DNA from: Geosiphon pyriformis uo1
Lineage: Eukaryota > Fungi > Glomeromycota
Assembly (NCBI GenBank): GCA_016748015.1
Contig: JAAOMT010000135.1
Coordinates: forward strand, 496,001 to 560,000
Reading direction: 5' to 3'
DNA: 64,000 nucleotides
The notes under the pieces were generated by a model. It did no database searches and was not told where the DNA came from. It saw only the letters and a list, made by a program, of their open reading frames with translations. A program made the translations under genes and the position numbers. Of this stretch, positions 50,668 to 62,600 are shown piece after piece; the stretch's first letter is position 1; each line of letters opens with the position of its first letter.

Positions 50668-53600
50668 CAAACTACCAAAATTATCAACAAACTTACCTTA
50701 ATATACCAGAAAACCTGATCATCGGAAACAATGACGGTAGAAACATAAACAGAACCAAGAATTCCTCCAAATTGAGCCAGACAATACCACCAGCAGTTGC
50801 CACCAAAGATAGCAGCCTCGCAGCTATTTTTCCTTTTGAATTAGAGGAAAACGAGGCTATGTTCAGTGGAGCAGCATTGGACGAAAAACGCCCAATCACT
50901 GCTATGTATACGGAAGCCACTGTAAACAATACTCCAATCAAACTTATCTTAGACAGTGGATCCGCTGGAAGCATCGTAACGCTTCAACTAGTAAACCAAC
51001 TGGGTTTCAAAGTTGATCGTGCCGCGACGTCCCAAATCATAACAGCCGATGGAAGTACAAAGCTGCCTTATGGCGAAATTGACTTATTCCTTTTCGAAAT
51101 TAATGGCATAGTAATACCTACAAAAGTATTAGTAATGGACGCTACACAATATCAAGCGTTAGTAGGGAATGACTGGCTAACAAAAGCCAATGCCACCCTA
51201 GACTGGACCACCCAAGAGTTTCTGATCAATTATAACGGCCACCAGGCCAAAATTCTAGCCACCTGTGGCCACTTCCAAAAACCCAGCGCCAACCAAAGAC
51301 CTACCTTCGAATTTGAGGAAAATCCAGCACTACCAGCCATCAAAACCTATCAGCTCTCTTGGGCTGATGACCAAAGAACAGGACTACCAGCCGTACCAAC
51401 GTGGACCAGCAAAGAAAGATCCGAATGGAACCAGGTAAGTTCACGAAGAAACCACCAGCGACACAGACCAAAGCTAGAATGCTCGGTTTGCAAGAAGAAA
51501 CTCTCGTCTATGACTGCGTGCAGCGCACTGGACGAAGACCCAAGAAACCCCACCCACTACTATTGTAATTGTTGTAACAAAGAAAAATACGGTTACCCAG
51601 AAAGACATGGAAAATGGGATGAGGAACCGTGCCTCGCTTGTGGAGAACTGTTACCAAGAGGGTGCGACTGGAACGACTTACCAGGCAGAGGAGGAACGTG
51701 TGATGCAACTTGCCAATACACGATCCTCATCTGTGACTGGGTAAGAGGAGGAATGCCGTTCGAAGCAGCATTCAACAGAGCGTTAAAAAGACTACAGCAC
51801 TACCCACATGACGAGGACGAGTTGTACAATACCGCACAAGCCAAAGTAAGAGGAGGAACCGCCGAAGAAATATGACGTTGGAAAGAGTCAGCCGAAGTAG
51901 CCGACGAAGTTGCCAGCTACAACATGTTCGACCCAGTGGACGAATTCCAGGACTACTACCAACAACTATGCCCCACTCGACAAGAGCAAGAACAATACCT
52001 CGCCCAAATCAACACTTACCTCTGCGAAAACTGTCTTATCCCATGCCAAAGTCAGTGCTGTGAAGAGTGTCAAGACGAAAGGGACTTAGAAAGAAAAATG
52101 GAAATTGAGAATCAGCAGTCTCAAAATCAATCAATAAATCAACAAGACTCACCTGACGGTCCTGAGTCAGAAAAATTTGTAGCCTATACCGACCTAGAAC
52201 AGGTGACCGACATCCGATACTTCGACAACGGGCACTTAGGAATAATACCCAAAAGAGCCCATCTAACCGACGCCAGATTCGATCTACGTTATCCGAAAGA
52301 CCAATCCACAATATTACCACCCAGGAGCATCACCAAAATCGACCTAAAAATAGTGGTTGAAATTCTGCCAGGAATAATGGTTCAAATGGCGTCGCGATCA
52401 AGCCTCGCAAAAAAAGGAATAAGCATTCAAGGAGGAGTAATTGACTCCGGATACACTGGAAATTTGATGGTTTTGCTACAGAACAATTCAGAAAAGCCTT
52501 ATACCATTGAATCTAAGGAAAAGATTACACAAGCAATTTTCCTACCATTGGTAAAAATTGGGAAATTTGTGCCAGTGGAAAATCGTGAGGAATTGTCACA
52601 AACAACGAGAGGAACTTTTGGTTTCAGATCGACAGGAAAAAAAATTGAAGCGAATTTCGCTAAAACAATAGAGGAAAAAGGCAAAGTAATTAAAAATGAG
52701 CAGTCCATCACACTCCTACCATATGGAAAATCAGAAATAAGAATAAAAAGAACAATTAAAGAAAAAGACCTAATATTTGAGCCCTACCCAGAAACTTGCC
52801 AACAGTTTCTCATAGGACTTATTAACCTTTTTATTCCAGCTGATAAAGCTCAATGGATAAAAATTCCTATCGCAAACACCACAGAAGAACCCGTCTACAT
52901 TCCGGAAGATACCATCATTGGATACCTCGGAACGGAGCTAGAAAACGCATCAACACCACAAGAAATTCTAAATTTCCCAGAAATTGCCCTCTACTGTGAA
53001 CTCACTTCAATAAATTGACAACAACCGGTAGAATGCTATCAATTTACGCCAGAAGAATTGGTCAAATTAAATATTGGAACAATGGATCCCAACCAACAGC
53101 GACAATTAAAAGCATTAATTTTAAAATACTCTGATATATTTTCAAGAAATGGCAAATTTGGAAGAACCAACTTGGTTCAACACCAAATCCCCACTGGAGA
53201 CGCCAGACCTGAAAAACAACATGCTTACCGTGTCCCACCAATGGAGCATAATTTTATTAGAGAAGAAGTCCAAAGCATGTTGGAAAAAGGAATAATACAA
53301 CCATCAATAAGCCCATGGTCCTCACCAGTTGTTTTAGTAAGGAAAAAGAACAGAAAAATTAGATTTTGCATCGACTATTGCAAACTAAACAGCAAAACAA
53401 CCAAAGACTCATACCCAATACCGTTAATTGACGAAATCTTTGACGTTTTTGGAGGAGCAAAATGGTTTTCTACACTGGACTTGACCAGTGGGTACTGGCA
53501 AGTGGAAATGGACCCAAAGGACAGGCATAAAACAGCATTCACAACACAAAATGGCAATTATGAGTTCAATGTAATGCCATTTGGATTAACAAACGCTCCC

Positions 53601-53757
53601 GCAATATTCCAAAGACTAATGGACGTAATTTACTCCGGAATCCTGTGGCAATCCGTTGTTGTCTACTTGGATGATATAAATGTTTTCTCGTCAAAATTCA
53701 CGGATCATCTCCAACATTTACAACAAGTTTTTGAGAGATTGAGACACACTGGACTTA
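50668..53757 (+). pseudogene. pol: Pol N-terminal part: aspartic protease, Cys-rich domain, dUTPase, reverse transcriptase (in-frame stops at 51875 and 53018)
   Basis: LILDSGS; dUTPase motifs DARFDL, RSSLAKKG, GVIDSGYTG, KITQ, RGTFGFRSTG; RT SPWSSPVVLV, LDLTSGYWQ, MPFGLTNAPAIFQ, YLDD. Confidence 0.9.
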
Positions 53758-54344
53758 NNNNNNNNNNNNNNNNNNNNCCCTTGAATCGGCTGAGAAAGAA
53801 GCTAACCATAGTCAAATGGTTAACATGGTAATAGAGGAAAATAAGACAGAAACATTAGAGAAAAGAGTAACGCGATTAGGGAAAAAACTCTCTAAGAAAA
53901 TAGAAAGTTAACTCATCCCGGATCCGAGAAAAAATACATACCAACCACCCCAAAGACGCAGCCAGGAAGTCAGCGACAGTCAAAATAATCGCCCGTCGCG
54001 CCAGGAATTCAGAACAGAAACACACGCCTGCCATTTTTGCAAACGTGTAGGACATTTGATTAGTCAATGTCGAACGCGAATGATGCAGGAAGCACGCGAA
54101 AATAATTACTACGCACCACCCCAAATGCCCAGAAACCAGTACACGCCAATACCATGCCAATATCCCATCATGTATCAAAATCAAGGAGCTTACCAGCAAC
54201 AGCCCATGATAGCCAACCCGAATTGGCATCCCGAGGCCCGAAATCAGCCCATGTGGAACCAGAACGCGTTGGTCCAGAGGAATCCAAACCGCGCCGGAAC
54301 CAATCAGCAAACCAATCCAAACTANNNNNNNNNNNNNNNNNNNN

Positions 54345-55549
54345 TAACCATGGATGAAAAAGAAACTATCTTATTTAACATGCACTCAGATATTCATTCA
54401 GGCCACTTTGGAAAAACAGCAACCATCCAACGTGCAACTAGCCATTAAAATTAGAAAAAAATGAGCTCAGACATAATCCAATACATAAGAAATTGTGACC
54501 CATGCCAATGAAGAAGAGGAGCAAAAACAACGGAATTATTAAGACCAATAAAAGTTGGACAGCCATTTGACAGAATCGGAATTGATTTAGTTGGACCCTT
54601 ACCAATAACAACAAGAAACAACCGTTATATTGCAGTAGCCATGGACTATCTCACCAAATGGCCAGAAGCTAGAGCTATTAAAACAGCTGATGCTATTTTC
54701 GTAGCTCAATTCGTACATGAAGACTTAATTTGCCGACATGGATGTCCACAAGAATTGCTATCAGATCAAGACACACACTTCGTAAACAGCACCTTAAAAG
54801 AACTTAGCCAAAAATTTGGAATCAAGCGACCACTGTCATCACCATACCACTCTCAAACAAATGGATTAGTTAAAAGATTTAATCGCACATTATGCGAATC
54901 ACTGGCGAAAATTAGTAACGAACATGAAAAAGAATGGGATTTGTTCATACCAGCAGTACTACTAGCATATAGAACAATAAAACAAGATACTACACAATTC
55001 ACACCGTTCGAACTAGTTTATGGAAGAAAAGCCACATTACCCGTTGAACTTACTATTCCAACTTATCCGAGTGACACTATCACGGAAGCAACATTCCAAG
55101 AAACACTACTTAGAAGAACATACGAATTAATAGGAACTTTAGAAAACAAAAGAAGAAAAGCAGCACAAAATATTGAACAATCACAAGAACAACAAAAAGT
55201 GAGACATGATAACCAGTTACCAGATAATATAATTAGCTATAAAATTGGAGATAAAGTATTGTTGCATCGTACAAAAATGGAAAAACAGTGGAGTGGAAAA
55301 TTTGATCACAAGTGGGATGGACCATTTTATATTCACGAAATACTTGGAAATGGAGCATACAAGCTAAAACTAGATGATAAAATATTAAGAAAAGCAGCAC
55401 ATGGTAACCGGCTGAAATTCTATTACAGTAAACCAGTAATAACAACAAAAACACCCAGAATTAGAACACAATTACCTTTAATTCTACCAAAACAAATTCC
55501 ACGAGATTTAGAACCAATAGTTTTAATTGAACATTATTCGAAAAGATAA
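54345..55549 (+). pseudogene. Integrase (HHCC, DDE core, GPY/F), no chromodomain
   Basis: H..HSGHFG..CDPCQ, IGIDLVGP, DYLTKWPEA, LLSDQ, NGLVKRFN, WDGPFYI..GNGAYKL. Stops in the N-terminal part. Confidence 0.9.
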
Positions 55550-55633
55550 TTAATCTTAGATCACAGCAAAAATGATTTAACAACCATAAAAACGCATGCA
55601 AAAGATTCCAAAATAACATTCAAAATTAAAACA

Positions 55634-56302
55634 ATGATACTTATTCCAGAAAACATCAACAATATAACTCAACAATTAGTTGAAAGCTTACAACAATTAA
55701 AATCTGATCTAGAAATCACAGTTAATAGCTCCAAAATAACATACATAAAAAGAACAATAGAAAATCCAAAAACAAGAAAAGAACATAATTTCGAATCATA
55801 TAATATTGCCAAATATAACAACAAATTTATTAGCAAAGTTATTGAAAAATTAGAGATAGCATTGGGCAATACATTAATAATGGAAGAAATAGAAATAAGT
55901 GAATTAACACCAGACACATTTAGCAACTTGAAAACGAAATTCCCAATTAATTACTGTTATTATCAACTAGAAAAGCACTTGAACATACAAACATTATACT
56001 CAAAAGACTCAACTAGAGTGTTTGACAAAACAACTATCCAACTATTAGAACCTTTCATTGGAAAAACCAACACTACATTCCATTCAAAAACAGTTTACAG
56101 AATTTTCAAAGCATTTGAAAACTGTCACAAATTATTGTTGGACCCAACTATGAACATAATAACAACCAACAGTATTGGACGACTTACCAACTCGCAATTT
56201 CAAGAATTACAACAACAAATCAATAACACAGTATTGAACCACTATAGTAACTTAGAATTTAATGAAGAAATTAACTTCGATTTCGACGGAGCTCAATCTT
56301 GA
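55634..56302 (+). CDS. Extra ORF (ORF3, 222 aa) between integrase and PPT, unknown function
   Basis: Intact ATG-to-TGA ORF ending at the PPT. No obvious signal peptide or transmembrane segment. Confidence 0.65.
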   Translation: MILIPENINNITQQLVESLQQLKSDLEITVNSSKITYIKRTIENPKTRKEHNFESYNIAKYNNKFISKVIEKLEIALGNTLIMEEIEISELTPDTFSNLKTKFPINYCYYQLEKHLNIQTLYSKDSTRVFDKTTIQLLEPFIGKTNTTFHSKTVYRIFKAFENCHKLLLDPTMNIITTNSIGRLTNSQFQELQQQINNTVLNHYSNLEFNEEINFDFDGAQS

Positions 56303-58195
56303 AAGGAGGGGATAATGTTATGGTTTAAGAATTTAGCAAAAAGAATCATAAAAATAATACAAACTATTCAATCATAATATAGCACAGTAATAATCTTAGA
56401 AAGGTAATGATTAACATAGTAGCAAACACCATCTTGTGATAGTGGCAAGCACCAGTTCACAATAGCAGCCAACACCAACTGGTGATAGCAGCAAGCACCA
56501 GGTTGAAATATCAAAAAGAAAGTATTTTCTCGTAGAACTACAAACATGTATATATACAGTAGTTTTAATATTGGGAAAGAATCAATCAAGTAATAAAAAT
56601 CATAACTTATCAAGCAATAGATCCAATTTTATCCAACAAACTCCACTTTAAATCATACTTTCAAATTAAATATCCCAAGAAACCTTTAAAATCAAAAAGA
56701 AATGAAAAAGAATATTTAAAACTGAACTATCACAACCCAAAGTATTAAGAAACCTACTTGTATTATTTATTGAANNNNNNNNNNNNNNNNNNNNNNNNNN
56801 NNNNNNNNNNNNNNNNNNNNNNNNNNNNNNNNNNNNNNNNNNNNNNNNNNNNNNNNNNNNNNNNNNNNNNNNNNNNNNNNNNNNNNNNNNNNNNNNNNNN
56901 NNNNNNNNNNNNNNNNNNNNNNNNNNNNNNNNNNNNNNNNAGAGAAACACATCAGGCAATTGCAAGGATAGCCTCAGAGAAGACACCAGACAGTGGGTAG
57001 ATTTCAGTTTAGCCTCTGAGAAGGAGTACATAAACACACACAACAATCAAGAATTAAAGAATAACTTACATCGCAACAGTAAAAAGAAAGCCTTCAGTGT
57101 AACAGTGACATTATTACACAAATAGAATTGAGGAACTCACGAAAGACTGATTGCAATTAAAGCGGGATATCAGCAATTAAATATAACAAGAAAACCATCC
57201 CATAACACCAGTAATTATTTGTTAATTTCAAATGTATTTGATAATATTAAAATAAAGATTTTACAAATTTTAAGTGGTTTTCTTTTGTTGTTTTTTGTTT
57301 GTCACTTTTTTGAATGGTTGATGTTAGTATTGGTTCTTTGTTGAATTATATCTTATAAAGAGCACCAAATATTACAGATGATTATTTGAAGTGTTGAAAC
57401 AAATAACAAATCTGTTAATAGCTGTAAATAATAGTAATTTCTAAAAATTTTGTGATTTGAAAATTTTAATTAAGTTTTTTGTATAATAAACAAAAATTTA
57501 ATTAATGGTTTTTTTCCAATTTCTGTTTTCAGCATAATAACCAGTTTAATTTAACAGTTGTACTCTTTTGGTAAACTATCCTTAAGTTTTCTATTCTTGT
57601 TCCCAGATTTTTTACTAGACTATTTTTAATGTTAAATACTTAATACTTAATCTCTTTAATCAATTAATAAACAACAAAAAAATAAAACAAAAAAAAATAA
57701 AATAAAATAAAATAAAATAAAAAATTAGTATTTTATTAATAGCCATAATTAAAAGCTATTGTTTTAGTATGATTAAATATTAAATTCTATTAACATAGAT
57801 TGTTAATAGTATAAAAGTAATAAAAATTTTTAATTAAGCAATAATAACATAGATTTGATAATAATAAGTATTTTTATTTAATATAAGTATAATTTTACTT
57901 CAAGTTATAGAAAACTATTTTTAAAAAAAATATATTAGATAATTACTTATTTTTAGCTATTATTCTGTTTTTTTTGTTTTTAATACTCTTATTATATATA
58001 CATAATTCATATTATACAAGATTTTACACATTTTTATACTTTTTTTACACTATTTTTTAAAAATATGCTTATTCTTGAAAATTTGTCATGATTTCATAAA
58101 AATGTGCTTATTTATTGAATATTATTTTTTTATTGGTCTATTTTATAATCTGTTTTTTTCTATATTTTTCTTGTACTCTTTTTCTATAAATAATA

Positions 58196-59632
58196 CCAAT
58201 CTAAAAAAAACTTAAACAGAATTTTTTTAGCTGTTTTAATCAAAGCAATAGGCCAAGTATTTATTAAAATCTTATCATATTTATAAGACTTTGATATTAT
58301 TAAGATTCATGCCTTTTTTTACAAAGCTAAAACTATATCCAAAGTTAAATATAAGTTTAATAGGACCAAAAAATGCCTTAAAACATTTTTATTATAGTGT
58401 TTTCACAACTTATTTAATATATTACTTAAATCAGCAGTCTTTTTATTTGGCAAATCTTTGACTATCTGTACTAATTCTTTATGGCTAATAATATTTATAA
58501 TATCTGAAAATGTATTGCTGATCACATAACTTAAAGAAACATATTAATTAGTTCAAAGCTTAAACAATAATCCAAGAATCACTTGTCTTTTGGTTCAACT
58601 CTTTATAATTAAATCTATCTTAGATCCAATCTTATTAAGTTCTAATATTAGCTTATTAGTTATTACTAAATAATTTAATATTACTTTGTAAAATATTTTT
58701 TTAATTATGCAGTCTTTATTTAAGTAAAAATTTTCTATTTTTTTTAATTGTATACTTGATAACAGTAGTTTTAGCAATCTTAGATTTATATATTTTCAAT
58801 CTGTAGTAGTCTTTTTTGATTTTTAATAAACAGTTAAAAATGTTAGAAAACTTGGCACCACTTTAAACCAGAATCTGTACTTTAAAAGTTTTATTACTAT
58901 CAATAACCAACCAAATATGAAGCAAAAAGTCAGTTTTAATCATATTATTTAACCTTAAAGCTTTAGTTATTTTGGTAACCAGCAATTTCAATCTAAAAAA
59001 TATTGACAAATGTTTGTTTTTTGAGCAATCAAACACACTGAACCAATGTTTAGAAAAAACTTTATTAACTGAGTTTATTATTATTTTTTTCAATATCTTT
59101 TATATTGTATCTAAATTTCCAAAATCTTTTATTTTTATAAATGTATCTATCATAATTAATAGTTTATTGAAAAAACACTTTTTAAAGTACACTTATTTAA
59201 TTTTATTTATATCTCTTATTTTGAACTCTTAGCAATTTTTGTTAATTTGTTTGCATAAACTATTTAAATAAACATCCAAAAATTCACTTTATCTAACTAA
59301 AACCAAAACTGTTTTGTAATTAGTATTAAAAAAATCTGATACAAAGTTGATTTCATAGCTTGCAACTGCTAATAATAAACTTTTATTAACAAAAATATAA
59401 TCTATAACTTTTTTAATTGCTCCAAGTGGAAATCTTAATCAATAAATATTCACCAAATAAATTAATCAAACTTAAATTCAAACAGAACTTGAAACTTGTA
59501 CTTTTCTTAAACCTATTTTTATTGAAATTTTTACTTAATACTACAAAAATACTGAAGTTAATTGTTTTAGTAATAAAAAAGTTAATTTTTAATACTTTAC
59601 TAAACCTAGCTTTAGCAAAAGCACTAATATAC
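58196..59632 (-). mobile_element. Degraded LINE ORF2 fragment (endonuclease to RT start)
   Basis: ORF 58863-59093 (VFSKHWFSVFD..FFRLKLLVTKITKA) parallels LINE ORF2 (TFKRKWFKDYD..FHKLELLVSRLVKA). Confidence 0.75.
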
Positions 59633-62600
59633 TGTTATGGTTGAAACTTATACTTCTTATTAATTATCCCATGTATTAGCCACTGATGTCATATAAATTA
59701 GCCACTCTATTTTTAGAAAGTGATCATTGACTTGATTAATGACCTGACCGTTGACTTGATCAATGACTTGATTATTGACCTGATCATTGACTTGATCAAT
59801 GACCTGATCATTGACCTGATCATTGACCTGATCATTGACCTGACCATTGACCTGATCATTAACCACTTTTGATAGCTATATAAGCAATAAATCTTTTAAC
59901 TGTAGAAATGTATGTCAAAAATCAAGGAAATTAAATAAATAAAATAACAACTTTTATCTCAATCATTCTCTTATCGCTAATTTCCCTTTCCTTACTTTTA
60001 AGTATTTAAACATCTTAAAGATAAAAGATCACTTGTTGGTTATTTCCTACCTTTTTTCTGAAACGTATAAGTGTAGTATTTGAAGATTATTAAATAAAAC
60101 ATGACTGAAAAGCACATCTGATACTTGATATTGAATTCTAAGAGTGCCAATGTAAGGCATAGAATTATACCAAGTGTAATCATTTGTTGACAGTATGGGC
60201 TATCCCTCTACCTTCAGATTCCTCAGTTACCTTTTGAAAAATATAGCGACTGAGATATTTTATGAGACTGATCTCACACATTGAATTTATACTCATTCAA
60301 TTCACTCTTTGAAGTTAAATTCCCTTTGATTCCTTTCATCACCCTACAATTCTGTTCTCCTTTGCTATCTGTTAGTTTGTTACTTTAACCCATAACATAA
60401 AAGTGGTGCTCCCTGTGAGGTTGTCAAAATCCACTTTGTTTCTTATTGTATGGGTGATTATTCATACCTGTCACAACAATTAGAAAAACACTTTAAAGCA
60501 CACAACAAAAACAATCTAGACTTTATTGAACTCAATCTTTTGCCCTTCTGCTTGATTTGTTTTTCCATTAAAAAACAATCCAGCAGACAATTTCAAGACT
60601 TTTGGAACTGGTTTCTGAATGAGCATTTAGCTAAAACCTACACAGCTTATACAACTTATTACTTTGACCAAGCTTATTTTGAAAACAACTTTGAAGAAAG
60701 AAACAACAGTATCAATTAGCTCTTATATTCTACAATCTTTAAACAACAGCCTTCTGATCTCGAATATCTGAACCATTAAATTCACATTTGGATTGCTGCC
60801 CATCAATTAACAGAAACTCCTCTTGAAACAGAAGAAGAAAGCTATTAAACTGCTTCTGTTTTTGATCTCTTTTCAAGTAAATCAGAACACTCTACACAAA
60901 CAGTTACACCTGAACCAATGGCTCAAGACTCTCTGCAACAAAACATTCTAATTGTCCTCCAAGGTATACAGACTGTTTTAGGGTAAAGAAACAACACTCC
61001 ATTACTATTATTCAGAGGTAATGCCCAAGATCCAATTGAATGGCTGGATGATTTTGAAAGAGCTGTTACAGCAAACCAATATGATAATAAATACAAGTTC
61101 CAAATTGTTGGTGGCTACCTCCAAGGCTCTTCTGCTACTTGGTTCTCACAAGAAACCAATGCCAATGCTCAACAAAAAATCATTAGATGGGCACTGGCAA
61201 ATACTGGAGAAGACAACACCTCTTTCACTACCCAGTTTGAAACTAAATTTAGAACTTCTATCTTAATCTCAAAATGGCATATGGAATTAGAAAGAAGAAC
61301 TCAAGACCCTGGTGAGATTGTGACAGAATATGCCAAAGCAATAAGAAAACTCATTAAATGAGTAGACTCTGAAAGAAATTAGACAAAAGAACAGAAAATA
61401 CATTCCTTTACAAAAAGACTGAGAACTGATTTATTATATGCTCTTTGGCCCCTCCTGGCCTTGAAAAATAATCCCACAATGGATATGGCCATTGAACTTG
61501 CTCAGAGAATAGAAGACAATTAAAGGATGCACCTAGGATCCACACTTCCAGTTTTTGTTCTTGCTCCTGTTATAATTCCTGCTCCACAAATGGCTGCTAC
61601 CTCTTTTGCTGCTCAAACACAAGATCCCAATGAACAATTAATAGATAGATTTACAGCTAATCTTGCCTAATTACTGGAACCATTAGCTCAAGCAGTCAGA
61701 GAAAATCAACAACCTCAAAGACCTAAATATGAACCACATTTCAATCAGCTCCAGCAACCACCATATTAAAGATAACAAAATCATGGTTCACTTGTGTGTT
61801 ATTGCTGTGGACTAACTGGACACTTTTCCAGAGACTGTAACAATTCTCCATTGCTCCCTCCAGCTCCTAGAAATAATGACACCCAGAATAACAGAAACAA
61901 TATTAATATTCCTAATCAAAGACCTAATTATGCCAATATCAATTTCTTTGAAAAGGATCCCTTAGTTAAAGCTACTGTTTATCAGCCTTTAAACTGGTAA
62001 GCACACCTCCAAAGGGTAAGAGTACAAGCCAACCAGAAGAAAACCTCTTTTATGCTTTTAACTTAACTGATAATAACCATGACATGAATGAACTAGCAAT
62101 TAACACTTCAGAATCAACCAGAAAGAAGAAAAAGACCAAGGTTGATTTTGTTCTGGATCCAAACAAACCATCCACTTCAACTGTTGACAACAATAAGCCA
62201 CCAAAAACTAAAGTATTTAAAAATCCTCCAAAGCTAGAACTCCCAGAAATAGTGCAAAAATCTGGTCCTTATTCCGTTGTCAAAGATCTCATAGAAACTT
62301 CTGCACACATTATCTTTGGCCAGTTAATAACTCATTTTCAATTCAGAAAAGACCTTTGCAAATCTTTGATTCCTAAGAAAAAGACACTAAAAACCAACAA
62401 GCATCCACACCAAGCTGAATTTGCTGACAACAGTAATGTCACCCCTTTCATTTGTAAAACCCAAGTGGCTGGTTATTTCATTGATCTAATCCTGGACAGT
62501 GGATCATCTGTTAGTGTCATTGCCAAACACTTCTTAGAAGCAATTGGCAGAAAAATTGATGAACCATCTACATGACCAATGATCAATATACATGGTGACA

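Larger units (their letters stand above)
47915..57207 (+). mobile_element. Young full-length Ty3/Gypsy retrotransposon (LTR type C): gag, PR, Cys-rich region, dUTPase, RT, IN, extra ORF3; contains assembly gaps
   Basis: Nearly identical LTRs starting at 47915 and 56316 (TGTTA..TAACA), perfect TSD CCAG, PPT gaaaggaggggataa at 56301-56315. Gag with CHFCKRVGHLISQC, LILDSGS, YLDD, integrase core and GPF motif. Confidence 0.95.
45170..58195 (-). mobile_element. Second degraded B-family Ty3/Gypsy element on the minus strand (LTR 58195-57370, PBS, gag-PR-Cys-rich), interrupted by the young element
   Basis: Reverse-complement PBS ttataaagagcaccaaa at 57353-57369. 45180-47910 is the reverse complement of the B internal region (e.g. 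ORF 45941-46177 IKLILNSDL protease remnant). Confidence 0.75.

Noticed and set aside
53778-54324. Second gag C-terminus placed after RT
   Set aside because: It overlaps 49736-50100 essentially exactly and is flanked by N gaps, so it is a mis-ordered contig. The missing RNase H probably falls in a gap.
59660-59866. VNDQ-repeat ORF or CRISPR-like array
   Set aside because: A spacer-less 12-bp tandem repeat inside an LTR; not coding and not CRISPR.
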